From: Macrostomum lignano
Lineage: Eukaryota
Length of the DNA stretch: 64,000 bases
Direction: 5' to 3'
Assembly: GCA_002269645.1 (NCBI GenBank)
Contig: NIVC01002104.1
Location: 1 to 64,000, forward strand
Shown here: positions 14,850 to 27,127 of the stretch, piece by piece
Layout: every line of letters starts with the position of its first letter
Position numbering within the stretch: position 1 is the stretch's first letter
Translations under genes and position numbers: made by a program
The notes under the pieces: model-generated
Database searches by the model: none
What the model was told of the DNA's origin: nothing
Seen by the model: the letters and a program-made list of their open reading frames with translations, nothing else

Positions 14850-15452
14850 ACCCAACCCGCATCCCACCTGCATCCCACCCGCATCTCACCTGCATCCCAC
14901 CCGCATCCTACCTCTCCCTACTTCTCTCTACCTTTCTCTACCTCTATCTCTCCCTATCCCTCCTACTTATCCTTACCTTTCCTTGCCTCTCCCTATCTCT
15001 CCCTACCTCTCTCTACCTATTTCTACCTCTCCTTACCTCTCCCTATCCCTACCTACCTCTCCCTACCTCTCTCTAACTTTCTCTACCTCTCCCTATCCCT
15101 CCCTAACTCTACCTGTCTCAACCTCTCCCTATCCCTCCCTACCTCTCTCTACCTCTCCCTACTTCTCTCTACCTATTTCTACCCCTCTCTACCTCTCTCT
15201 ACCCCTCTCTACCTCTCCCTACCTCTCCCTACCTCTCTCTACCTCTCTCTACCTCTCCCTACCTCTCTCTACCCCTCTCTACCTCTCCCTACCTCTCCCT
15301 ACCTCTCTCTACCTCTCCCTACCTCTCCCTACCTGTCTCTATCTCTCTCTACCTCTCCCTACCTCTCTCTACCTCTCTCTACCTCTCTCTACCTCTCTAC
15401 CTCTCCATACCTCTCTCTACTTCTCCTTACCTCTCCCTACCTCTCCCTACCT
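14850..15452. repeat. 10-bp polypyrimidine repeat
   Basis: CTACCTCTCT/CTACCTCTCC units. Confidence 0.93.
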
Positions 15453-15531
15453 TCGAATAAAAGTCTCCAACAGAGAGCAGCCTTGCAGCACTTTAATTGC
15501 TAGAGCTCGGAAACAACCAATGAATTTCCAG

Positions 15532-18500
15532 TCTATCATCGGCATCGTCAAAGTCTTCAGCCTGGCACCGACCAGATGCCTCCGCCGCGGCGGCCGTCTC
15601 TGTGGACGAAGCCCGACGCACCCTGTCGGTAACTTGGCCGTCTTCTGCTCAAGATTGGACTGCGAGTCACTGGGAAGCTGCCAGCCTGTTCCCATTGGCC
15701 TGGCTCAGGGACTCCTGCCAGTGCCCCACCTGCTTCAACCCCGCCACCAAGTCGCGTACACTGCACTTTAAAGACTTCAATCCCAGGGTGCCGGTGAGGT
15801 CGGCTTCGGTGAGTCACTCTGAGTCAGGGACCACTTCAGTAGAACGGCGGGAAACCTGGTTTCTAAGAAAAGAATATTTAGAGGCTGGGTTTGCTAAAAA
15901 AACTTTTTTTTGGAGATTGGAAATTTAATATAGTTTTAATTTGAAGCAGATTTTCACCATTCCATTGATTTTTACACAGCTTTGTTTATAAATACGGGTA
16001 AAAATATAAAGCAGCTATCTCTGTCGACCAAATGTCCAAGGATTTGCTTTTCTGCATAGCGCTTAATGGGGTTTTGCCATGCGAAATGTCCTATCCCTCA
16101 GGGGGGAAATGTCCTATCCCTCAGGGGGGAATGTCGTATCCCTCAGGGGGGATGTCCTATCCCTCAGGGGGGAATGTCCTATCCCTCAGGGGGGGGGGAA
16201 TTTCCTATCCCTCAGGGGGGAATGTCCTATCCCTCAGGGGGAATTGTCCTATCCCTCAGGGGGAATTGTCCTATCCCTCAGGGGAATTGTCCTATCCCTC
16301 AGGGGGGAAATGTCCTATCCCTCAGGGGGGGGGGAATGTCCTATCCCTCAGGGGGGAATGTCCTATCCCTCAGGGGGGGATGTCCTATCCCTCAGGGGCG
16401 AAATGTCCTATCCCTCAGGGGGGGGGATTTCCTATCCCTCAGGGGGGGGATTTCCTATCCCTCAAGGGCGAAATGTCCTATCCCTCAGGGGGGAAATTTC
16501 TTATCCCTCAGGGGGGTATGAAACAAAAAAAATAAAGCTTTGACTACACAACTAAAGAAAATATAACTGAGTAAAATGCTTTCTATGCTAAATTTAAAGA
16601 TTGGTAATCTTCACTGCCCCAGATCAAATGCAATCATTGATTGTGATAAAAAGATTGTCTCATCGTCACAGTGTATCTTTTTCAGAAAATTGGTCTGCAA
16701 TTTTTGATACTGTTTTACTACAGTGGTCCTTGATCAGCTGTTATACTACAGTGGTCCTTGATCAGCTGTTTTACTACAGTGGTCCTTGATCAGCTGTTAT
16801 ACTACAGTGGTCCTTGATCAGCTGTTATACTACAGTGGTCCTTGATCCCGTTATACTACAGTGGTCCTTGAATGAAGCCTTAAAAGTAAAATCAGTTAAT
16901 TCGTCTGTTCCTCGTATCTCCACGCACTATGCACACTACTAAGAACTGATTGGAAAGTAGTATTAAAAGAGTGTTACAAGTGTCGATTTGCAGGTAAGCC
17001 CGGATTCGAGCACCCTGACGGTGGAGTGGCAGGACGGCCACCGGAGCAGCTACTCCCGGCAGTGGCTGCAGGTGCGCAGCTTCACCGAATCGGCCAGGCG
17101 GCGACGCGGCGAGGCGCTCGCCTTCACGGCGCGGAAGAAACAGTGGAGCCAGGAGCTGACTGAGTTTGACTACTCTGAGGTGAGAACCGGGGTTAACAAG
17201 TTCAACTTTATTGAATTCTATTGTAAATTATGACAAGTCGATCTGTCAAAGATTGTCCCTCTTTTTTATTAGAGACATGGGTAACTTTAAGCGACATTGC
17301 CACACAACCGGCGAGAGGCATTACTGCCCATTCCGCCGACTCCCCTGAGCAGGCACACAAGCGCGCGGATACGTACGCAGTCATACGCACAGGCAAACAC
17401 TCACACAGAAGTGTACAGCGGCCCTAACGTTATTTATCGTTAGGCATGTACACTTCACTGTGCCTTGGGGGTTGGGCCTCAATGGGCGTTAATTGGTCGA
17501 GCAGAGCCAAGCCGAGATTCCAATTCAGCCCCAAATTAATGTGACTGCACTGGGAATCGAGCCTGGGCCGCTGGCACATCACAGCGCCGCGCCAGACCAC
17601 TGGGCTACGACCCCCCCCCCTAAGATTTTTTGTCAAATCAGTGCTCCTCCGAGTCTAGAAGTCCTTGAATCTAGAGGGAGATATCCTCCGAGTATATATA
17701 GAAGTCCTTGAATCTACTAGAGGGACACATCCTCCGAGTATAGAAGTCCTTGAATTTAGAGGGACACATCCTCCGAGTACAGAAGTCCTTGAATTTAGAG
17801 GGACACATCCTCCGAGTATAGAAGTCTTTGAATCTAGAGGGACACATCCTCCGAGTATAGAAGTCTTTGAATCTAGAGGGACATCCGATTTAAACTTGCA
17901 CAATCTTCCTCGATGCAGCTGATGTCCAAGGACAGTGTTCTGCTGGAACTGCTGCACCACCTGGACTGCTTCGGCTGCTTGCTGGTGCGCCAATCGCCAA
18001 CCGAGCTGGGTACCCTGCCGAAATTCGGTCAGCGATTAGCGGGCTTCCTAGCGCCTAGCAACTACGGTCACAGCTTCGAGGTGAAGTCCAAATCGGATCC
18101 GAGCAATGCCGCCTACACAAGCGGCTACCTGGGCCTGCACATCGACCAGAGCTTCTACAGCAGACGGCCTGGGGCAAGTAGAACCGAGCTGCCTACGCGC
18201 TCCTAAGTTGCTAAAATCCCTAAATAATTGCATCCGTTGGAGGGTTTGATCCAGGGACTAAACTGTATCAACTCTGGTGTTTGATCCAGGGACTAAACTG
18301 TATCAACTCTGGTGTTTGATCCAGGGACTAAACTGTATCAATTCTGGTGTTCGATCCAGGGACTAAACTGTATCAATTCTGGTGTTTGATCCAGGGACTA
18401 AACTGCATCAATTCTAGTGTTTGATCCAGGGACTAAACTGTATCAACTCTGGTGTTTGATCCAGGGACTAAACTGTATCAACTCTGGTGTTTGATCCAGG

Positions 18501-20814
18501 GACTAAACTGCATCAATTCTAGTGTTTGATCCAGGGACTAAACTGTATCAACTCTGGTGTTTGATCCAGGGACTTAACTGCATCAATTCTGATGTTTTAT
18601 CCATTGACTAAACTGCATCAATTCTGATGTTTTATCCAGGGACTAAACTGCATCAATTCTGATGTTTTATCCATTGACTAAACTGCATCAATTCTGATGT
18701 TTTATCCATTGACTAAACTGCATCAATTCTGATGTTTTATCCATTGACTAAGCTGCATCAATTCTGGTGTTTGATCCAGGAACTGCCTCTCCAATCCATC
18801 CTCAGGTGCAAATTCTTCACTGCATCTCGCAGCCAACCGATGGCTCAATCCAGGGCGGCGAAAGCCTCATTGCTGACGGCTTCCAGGCCGCTGCGATCAT
18901 GCGGCGCAGCCATCCGGACCATTTCCAGGCTCTGACGACTCTGCCAATTGATTTCAACGACTACGGCAGCGACTTCGTTGGAGATTTTCACTTCATCAAT
19001 CGGGAAACTGTGCTTCGGTTAGAGAACTTTCAAATTAACCTAACGCTTTTCTCTCGGTTTTAAGTGGTAGCATCATTTTGCTTTAGCTTTCCATTTTGTG
19101 CCACTAGCCAAATGTTCATTTGAATGCGGCAGAATCTCAAATCAATAAATAAGTCAACGAGTTACGAAAACCAAGGACTACTCAAGTAGAAGGATGGGAA
19201 ACTGCGTTTCTTAGGAAACGTTTATAAGGCTGGTTTTCACCGAAAAATACACTACGGAGATAGGAAGTTGTCATATTTTCAGCACAAAAATTGCTATTGT
19301 ACGTAGAATAAAAAATTTAACATAGAATCCTAATTTTCTGAACAAAAAGCTTTATAAATATCAATAGAGCCATAAGAAAGACACAACATATCAAAAGAAG
19401 AGCATTAGGTCTGCCTTCTATAAAAAGCAATAACAATTTTTGTGCTGAAAAAATGAAACTTCCTTCTCTGTAGTGTAAGTTTTGGCGAAAACAATCCGTA
19501 TAAACATTTTCTATGAGTAGTCCTTGACGAGAACATTTTAATATGGGCTTCTGGAAACAAAGTGTAGAAAAACTTCGCCCTCCCCTCCAGACTAAACAGC
19601 ATCGGCGAGGTAGACAGAGTGACATTCAGCGGTCACTCCAGGGACTACAACCAGAACCATCTGGAGCCCGAGAAAGTGCAGTTGCTCTACGAGGCGTTGA
19701 AGATTTTCTACGAAACTCTCAGCAAACCGCCTTGTATAATTAAGCACAAGATGCAAACAGGTGAGTACGGTTGGGGTTGTGACGCAATCATTCAATGCTT
19801 GGTATAACTTAATACTTTAACTTTCTAACAAATAACGAAGAATTAATTAACACTTGAAGCTAAATTTAGCATTAGGCGGACAGTGAAAGATTAAATGGTC
19901 GTAAAAAGTCGGAAGAGAGTTAAACAGGCTATAGTTAAAAGTAATAAAACTGGACCTCTTCGTGCGCCACGCGCACGGAGAGTCCTAAATTATCGATGTA
20001 CAACTACTATACAAAACGCTCACGCGTGCGGAGAGGTCTAAATTATCGATCGTGCAACTATTATACGAACCGCTTACGCGCACGGAGAGGTCTAAATTAT
20101 CGATCGTGCAACTATTATACGAACCGCTTACGCGCACGGAGAGGTCTAAATTATCGATCGTGCAACTATTATACGAACCGCTTACGCGCACGGAGAGGTC
20201 TAAATTATCGATCGTGCAACTATTATACGAACCGCTTACGCGCACGGAGAGGTCTAAATTATCGATCGTGCAACTATTATACGAACCGCTTACGCGCGCG
20301 GAGGTCTAAATTATCGATCATGCAACTATTATACGAACCGCTTACGCGCACGGAGAGGTCTAAATTATCGATCATGCAACTATTATACAAAACGCTCACG
20401 CGCACGGGAGAGGTCTAAATTATCTATCGTGCAACTACTTCGAAGTATTTAGAAGTATTTAGCAACTATTTAGAAGTATTATACAAAACACTCTAAATAG
20501 ATCGTAAACGCAATAGGACAAAAATAAAGCGGCCCAATTGAGGGCCACAATACGGAAAAATACGTAGAGGAAATAGGAAAAGATACGAATTTTGTCAGTT
20601 TATACACGCATGCATAAACCTGACTACGCGACTCCGCGCAGGCCACATGCAACTGCTGGACAATCGCCGAGTACTTCACGGTCGTCTGGCGTTCAACGTG
20701 ATAGGAACTGCTGAACGATTCCTGCACGGCGGCTACGTGGAATGGGACGAGGTTTACAGCCGGATGCGAAGGCTCGAAGAGGCGGCCAGAGGCGACGCCA
20801 GAGAGGCGCAATAG
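15532..20814 (+). CDS. BBOX1: Gamma-butyrobetaine dioxygenase-like Fe(II)/2-oxoglutarate oxygenase (BBOX1/TMLHE family), multi-exon
   Basis: Exons 15532-15808, 16994-17179, 17919-18173, 18806-19017, 19591-19760 and 20642-20814 join in consistent phase. Zn motif WLRDSCQCPTC plus DGH; facial triad HID ... DNRRVLHGR; PGVQILHC; GGESLIADGF; RFLHGGYVEWD. Stop TAG 20812-20814. Orthology versus a paralog is unresolved. Confidence 0.9.
16085..16515. repeat. ~22-bp minisatellite with variable G-run (intronic)
   Basis: Unit (G)nAAATGTCCTATCCCTCA. Confidence 0.93.
16708..16870. repeat. 28-bp minisatellite (intronic)
   Basis: Unit TTATACTACAGTGGTCCTTGATCAGCTG. Confidence 0.9.
17284..17610 (-). mobile_element. 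tRNA-derived SINE, family 2, copy A (in BBOX-like intron)
   Basis: Minus strand TCGTAGCCCAGTGGTCTGG (A box) and GGCTCGATTCCC (B box). The body matches the reverse complement of 62358-62657. Confidence 0.8.
17645..17886. repeat. 39-bp minisatellite (intronic)
   Basis: Unit AGAGGGACACATCCTCCGAGTATAGAAGTCCTTGAATCT. Confidence 0.93.
18245..18780. repeat. 35-bp minisatellite (intronic)
   Basis: Unit TTTGATCCAGGGACTAAACTGTATCAACTCTGGTG. Confidence 0.95.
19965..20432. repeat. 54-bp minisatellite (intronic)
   Basis: Unit CGCACGGAGAGGTCTAAATTATCGATCGTGCAACTATTATACGAACCGCTTACG. Confidence 0.95.
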
Positions 20815-22061
20815 GCCTTAATTTTTTTTCAAATAGTTTCATTCCTTTTCAGTGCTAAAAAGCATGTCGGTTAAAAGTTACTTAAATGCGGCTCTTTTAA
20901 AAAGAAATTTCTGCGTCGCTTCTAATGCCAACTCTGAGTTGAGGCCATGTGAACTGCTAAGAAGACAAGTACGAGTAGATAGAGGAAGATAGAGGCTTCG
21001 ATCAATACAACAGCCTGTCTATTAAAAAGTCTATTTTTTCTATTTTTCATACCTGGCAGTTCTCTTTTTCACTCCCACTATTTGCTGAGCTATAGAGGCT
21101 GTATGAAAGAGTTGTGTGCGAAAAGACCTTAGGAATAAATGCCTTATACTGCTATATATATACGCTACTCTAAGTCCGCTCCGTGTTTTTGCCTAACACC
21201 CCACAACTTAGTTACATTTACAGCATTCTCTCACCCTCTCGGTGTGTTTACCCACACCTCTCCTCCACTGCTTGCGCGACTCCGTGATGCAGATGATTGA
21301 CTGACACGATCGGGAGCTGGGAGACTGGCAGACCCTTGTCTGTCTCATCCAGCAGTGCATCTTGAAATATGGAATTTTCTCAGTAACCAAATCAAAAACT
21401 TCAGAACCAGATTCACTGATTAATTTAAGAAAGCGCTAGAAAAAAGTTAATTTTGCACTTCAGACTCAAAGCAATAGCAAATCGTTGTGGCTTGTTTTCA
21501 AATAAAATGACCCGTGATTTTCGCCCGTGTTCATTCATTAATATCGACCATTTTTGTGTACCTCCGTTAGTCAATTGGCCATAGAGAGAACCTAGCGCAA
21601 ACTACGGGCCAGAGGAGGGGAGATAGAGGAGAGAATAAAGGAGAGGAGACAAGACGTGAGGAGGAATGAAATAAGAGAAAGGAGGGGAGAGGAGAGAAGA
21701 GAGGAGAGGAAAGGAAAGGAGAGGAGAAAAGAGAGGAGAGGAAAGATTAGAGATTGAAGAGAGTTGAGAACATATTTAGAGACACAAACCTTGAGCGGGC
21801 CTGATTTAGCCTACCCCTGAATAAGCTAATCAATAAGCTTTCCTAAACCCAAGTCTTATCCAAGAGGCCTCAATTAACCGGGAGTATCGCAGCAACTTCT
21901 GCACGTTCCGTTTCAATGTTGCGATTGCGTAGAAAATTTTTATTTGGAAACATATAAACGTCAGAGTTGAATGGTGCAGGACAATTTTCTCGAGTTCTAA
22001 CAAGTACTGGGACAACAGGAAGACAATCGTGTAGAGGTGGCCTCGCTGAGGAGCTCTGGCA

Positions 22062-22781
22062 CTACATCAGCACTCTGTCTTCTGTGCCGCCAGCTGATGA
22101 AGAAGCGACGCCTTTCTTTGGCAGCATCGCCGAGGTGACTTCCACTCCGGTGTCGAAGTCTTCAACATCGTCAATAATATCGCCATCGTCCTCTGGAACG
22201 GCGAGTGTCGCAAAGACGAAGTCCGGGGGCGTCTGAGGTGGAGGCAGGGGCGGCGGTGGTGCCAATGGCATTGGAGGCGGAGGCAGCGGAGGCCGCGTTG
22301 GCGGCGGCGCATTCAGCAAAGACGAGTCCTCCACTGCTGCACCGGAAGCAATGGATGCGGCTGCTGCTGCTGCTGCTGCAACGGAGGCGTTGCGTCGAGC
22401 TCGCGACCTCGCCCGAAGATGGCAGACCGTCATGCCGAGCGCCATCAGCGCCATCAGGACTGCCAGAATCGCGGCGGTCCTCAGCCCGTCCCAGGGGTCA
22501 TAGTCTAGCCTTTCAATTCGTGACTTGACCCCGTCGTTGCGATAGTATTTGTACAGCTCGTCGAACGAGATCAATCGGCGATCTTTGAAAGCCTGCTGGA
22601 GGCGACTCGGCGAGACGGACCGAACAAGGCTGCCTTCTTCGGTACGATTGTTGGCGGAGACATCGGCGACCACTGCGGGAACCATCGGGGGCATTGACTG
22701 TGCAGATCTGCTTTCTATCATCTCCCGAGAGCAGCTGCGGTCAGTGGCGGCCGGGCTCTGTATGCCTAAATGAACTCTCAT
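22062..22781 (-). CDS. Single-pass membrane protein with Pro-rich and acidic cytoplasmic tail (unknown family)
   Basis: 239-aa GC-rich ORF: N-glycosylation site NRT, LYKYY...LDYDPWDGLRTA, a TM segment (AILAVLMALMALGMTVC), basic stop-transfer RARSRARR, poly-Ala, poly-Pro and DDGDIIDDVEDFD. The true start is uncertain (acceptor-like TTCATTTAG near 22766). Confidence 0.7.
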   Translation of the reverse strand: MRVHLGIQSPAATDRSCSREMIESRSAQSMPPMVPAVVADVSANNRTEEGSLVRSVSPSRLQQAFKDRRLISFDELYKYYRNDGVKSRIERLDYDPWDGLRTAAILAVLMALMALGMTVCHLRARSRARRNASVAAAAAAAASIASGAAVEDSSLLNAPPPTRPPLPPPPMPLAPPPPLPPPQTPPDFVFATLAVPEDDGDIIDDVEDFDTGVEVTSAMLPKKGVASSSAGGTEDRVLM

Positions 22782-23475
22782 TTTTACCCCCCCCCCTCAG
22801 CTGCAGGGACAGCCAATCGGGAATCGAGGGGAGCAGAGAGGCCTACAGCTGGGCGCGGCTCCATGGACCTTATTTATCTAGGTCTTTGCGCTGCTTTTTG
22901 CCGGAGTCAAGTTTCCTAATTTCCCTCGAGAAGGACAGTACAAATAGCTCTCAACAAAGCAGGGAAGAGGGAAAACTGACCCTGTTGCCATAGCATTGGG
23001 ATCTGGGATGCTGCAGCAAGATTGGGATGCATTTTCATTGGAAGAATAGCTATAGGTACAACCTGTATCTTCCCTCGGATAGTCTATTGGAGAGCAGATC
23101 TTGAGTGGGGGGGGGACAAAATGTCACGTGAGAGCTCACCTCACGCGAATCTCTTGGGGGCAAATCCCCCTATGCCAGGGCTTGAGCACTTGAGTTGGGG
23201 ATTCCTGTTTTGTAGGATAGAAATTTGCTCGCCCCCTCTCGATTCTACTGATGAGGCCAACGATTTTGTTGGAAAGGGCCACCCAGGGACTTGAGGCGGG
23301 GCTCATATGCTCATATTAAGTGCATGAGCATTGGCGAAATAAGACATTTTCGATCGTCCACGTGAAACAAACTTGAAGTGCTTCTCGGATATTCATCAAC
23401 TACAGAGCTTGCTCGCAGCCTTAAAGCCAGAAAAGGCATTGCCTTGCTAGAATAACTATCTAGAAACATCCCATA

Positions 23476-23910
23476 GTGACAGAGTGACATGGTGACAGAG
23501 TGACATGGTGACAGAGTGACATGGTGACAGAGTGACATGGTGACAGAGTGACATGGTGACAGAGTGACATGGTGACAGAGTGACATGGTGACAGAGTGAC
23601 ATGGTGACAGAGTGACATGGTGACAGAGTGACATGGTGACAGAGTGACATGGTGACAGAGTGACATGGTGACAGAGTGACATGGTGACAGAGTGACATGG
23701 TGACAGAGTGACATGGTGACAGAGTGACATGGTGACAGAGTGACATGGTGACAGAGTGACATGGTGACAGAGTGACATGGTGACAGAGTGACATGGTGAC
23801 AGAGTGACATGGTGACAGAGTGACATGGTGACAGAGTGACATGGTGACAGAGTGACATGGTGACAGAGTGACAATGGACAGAGTGACGGTGGGCAGAGTG
23901 ACATGGAGAC
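23476..23910. repeat. 16-bp minisatellite
   Basis: Unit GTGACAGAGTGACATG. Confidence 0.97.
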
Positions 23911-26767
23911 ATGCGCATTCTAATATAAGACTTAACTGTGAAATTTGAAATTTTAGGGAATAAAGGGAATAATGAGAAATAATATTTTTACCAAATTATT
24001 AAGTCCACTCGTGCATGCCCTCAATGCAGTTGACGCTACTTAAATACGAAAATACGCAAAATACTAATAAATATTAATCTGAACGTGTGTCTAGATATCC
24101 AGACCTTAAGGGAATATGCACTACCTGGAATAGTGCATTATTCAATTATTCTTTTTGGCTTGTGTATCATAGATAATATATAGTATTGCTACTCGTATTT
24201 ATGGTTCATATATATTCATAAGTCCGCGGGCCCAGCCCAGTTGCTAGGGTTCACCCAAGCGGAGCAGGGCTAGAAGGATTCCCTCCACCATGCAGCCTCA
24301 GTCGCATGCCTGACTGACTGCATGGCGTGGCGTGAGGCCCTCCAATATAAAAGTGGGGCATTGAAAATCGCCACAATGCCAAATATTTTTTTAAGAATAA
24401 GCCGCCGAGAAGCATCTTTGTGAGTCTGGGTCACGTTATCTACATCTTTGATGCGGAACTCTGTTGGAACTTTTAAAGAAAGTAAAGCTATTGTGTCGCG
24501 AGCTATTGTTGATGAAGGTAGTATTATCGCATCGTTCACTGTGCTCACTCAGTGTGATTCACTACATAGAGAGTGACTCATTCAGCGTGATTCACTATAT
24601 GTAAGACTCTGTGTGAGACTCAGTTAGTGTGATTTTTCGTGTGTGATCCATCAGAGTGACTCATCGTGTGTGTGGTTCACTCGGTGTGTGTTTATTAGGA
24701 TGCAATCTACTCACTCACTCATTCACTTATAGTGTGACTCTCACTCAGCAAGATTGCAGCCCGGACAGCATCCCACGGCTCATCCAGTTCCTTCGGGTGA
24801 CAAGACGAGCCATTGTCTTCCCCACGGAAGATCACGCTGCAGGACGGACCGGCGGACCACCCTGACCGGCCCCCATGCCTCTGCCTGTCTGCTGGCCTTC
24901 AGGGGCTGGCGGAATGGGCGACCCTCGCCTCCCCGCTGTGTCTACGGACCACCCTGCAGCTGCAGCTGAGTCAAGTAAGTCAGCAAGATTGACTGTGCGT
25001 GGCTCACTTAAGAAGCTCGACTTATTCTTTGTCAAATTGAGTTGCCCCTGCTTCACTCATGACTCACAGAGCATGGTTTGTGAATTGATAAACGTCACGT
25101 GATTGCCATACTTCAGACCAGAAGTTCATTATAATGCCTCTAGAAATTCAGGAAGCTCCCTGTGTTCCTTTCTCTTATAATTTCATTTCCAAGAAAAAAA
25201 GGACTGAGGGCGCGGCTTCAATCAAGGCGCAGACTTATTTTCTTCTGGCAGGCACAGCAGACAGGGAAAACTGCCTGCAGGCTATGTGGACAAGAAATGA
25301 AAATTTGTTGGCAATCAGAGATTGGCCCCCGAGGGGAAATGGCTCTCTGCTATCGCTAATGAGGCTGAAGCAGACTTCAGCATCTCAATTTTTCAAGCTA
25401 GTATAAATTCATCATTCCATATTCTGTATTATTTCTACAATAGTTTGATAACAAATACAGTTACGAATACTTTTTTATAATGTACCAAATCTTTGTAGAA
25501 CTCTCCGGTATAGGCTAATCTCTATAAACTTACAGAAGCCGATCAAACAAGGTTTGTCAATCTTCAGCCTTAACTCTACAAAAATTCAAACTCAAAGGCA
25601 AACCGCCTCACACTCGAGAGCTCACTACAAACGATTTTAGGCCCATAATTGAGTGTAAAAGAATTAAACTAATAGACAATTATAGATAACTGACCTCAGT
25701 TCATGCGGTCTCTCCCTTCACAAAGCACTCAGATCGATGAATATATTATGAAAGCCAAAAAAGAAAGCTCATTGACCTAAAAAGAAAAACAAGGGAAGCG
25801 AAACAGGCTATGATTCTAGAGATATGTATTTTGAGCAGAAGTGCAACTTCGATCGTTCTGCGATGAAGATCTTTATCGGTACCGGCTGTTTACACACATA
25901 CTTGCAGTCTTCGGATGAGAATATACGATCGATATTGACGTTTTTTGTTTATCATCAGGCTATTAAAGCATTACCACCTGTGTACAGGTACATCTCTAGC
26001 CATGTAAAATGGCTTGAGCTAGTGCTGCTGGAGCCAAATGCACTTCTATCCAACATCTATGCATGCATTGCAAAGATCGAAACAGCCAAGCTTTTATAGA
26101 CACACGTCACACAATATTGCGTGTAGTTGCAGAACCTCACTCAAAACTGCAGTACAGCAAGTTATTCTACATCCTTTTAGTTCCCTTTACCCAGACTCTC
26201 GGCCCATTAGCAGCAGCTGTGGCGCTGAACTCATCTTTTAACCGGACTCACGCGATTACGATCAATAAAAGGTAAACAGAAATTATGCTTCCTGCACGCG
26301 CGATGGTTATATTAAGTGATGGGTACAGATGCATATATATGCCGTACACTAATATCATCCACTTTAATTTAACTCCGCGTGTATATATTTCTTAATTAAT
26401 TTTCCCAACTCGCTCATTCTAAACACAATTAATTGACATGTACTTAAAAAAACTACTTACAGAACTCATGTATTGTAATTATTATTTATTTGTAAATCAT
26501 GCTTCTGGCCTATATATACTCGTAAGGTCAAAGCTGCACATGTTTGTAAAGTTATATTATGCTTCGATAACTTATAGGTGTAAGCATATAGCACGACTCC
26601 CGCCTCTCTACAAGAATGTTACGAGTACAAACCAAAGGATCACTGCACTAGGGCATACATAATTACATTAATAGATCATCCATTACGTACTTGCCCTCAT
26701 CCAGTGTAAAAGTGCGCTGTTGCTGTCACTTCAGGAGAGGACAATCACACATACATGTAAGTATAAG

Positions 26768-27127
26768 CAGGCGCGTCGCCACCGGGGGGACAGGGGGGAC
26801 ATGTTCCCCCCTGTAAAAACTATGGGGGACATGCCAATGCTTTGTCCCCCCACCCCATCTTGTGACTCGTTGTGCTAATCAATAATTTTTCTTCAGGGCG
26901 CCAAAATATAGCGCTTTCGGCGCCAAAATGAGTGCCTGCGTCGCTAAAATGAGTGCCTGCGTCGCTATAAAAGGAATGCCTGCGGTGCCAAAGTGAGTGA
27001 TTGCGGCGCCAAAATGAGCGCTGACAAACACGATTCTCAAAATAATGGAAATGTAAAAAATTTAGTCATGTACATGTTGAATTCTTGGCTTTGTCCCCCC
27101 ACCATAAAATCCATGGCGACGCCCCTG
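26768..27127. mobile_element. hAT-type MITE, 360 bp
   Basis: Imperfect TIR CAGG(C/G)GCGTCGCCA at both ends. Exact 8-bp TSD AGTATAAG at 26760-26767 and 27128-27135. Confidence 0.85.

Noticed and set aside
21240-21346. Possible extra minus-strand exon (acceptor TTTCAAG, donor GTGTGG) downstream of the single-pass protein
   Set aside because: Looks coding, but only a weak donor links it to 22062..22781 and the reading frame is ambiguous.
24740-24970. GC-rich patch with short ORFs (24656..24865, 24754..24969)
   Set aside because: No recognisable motif or connectable exons.
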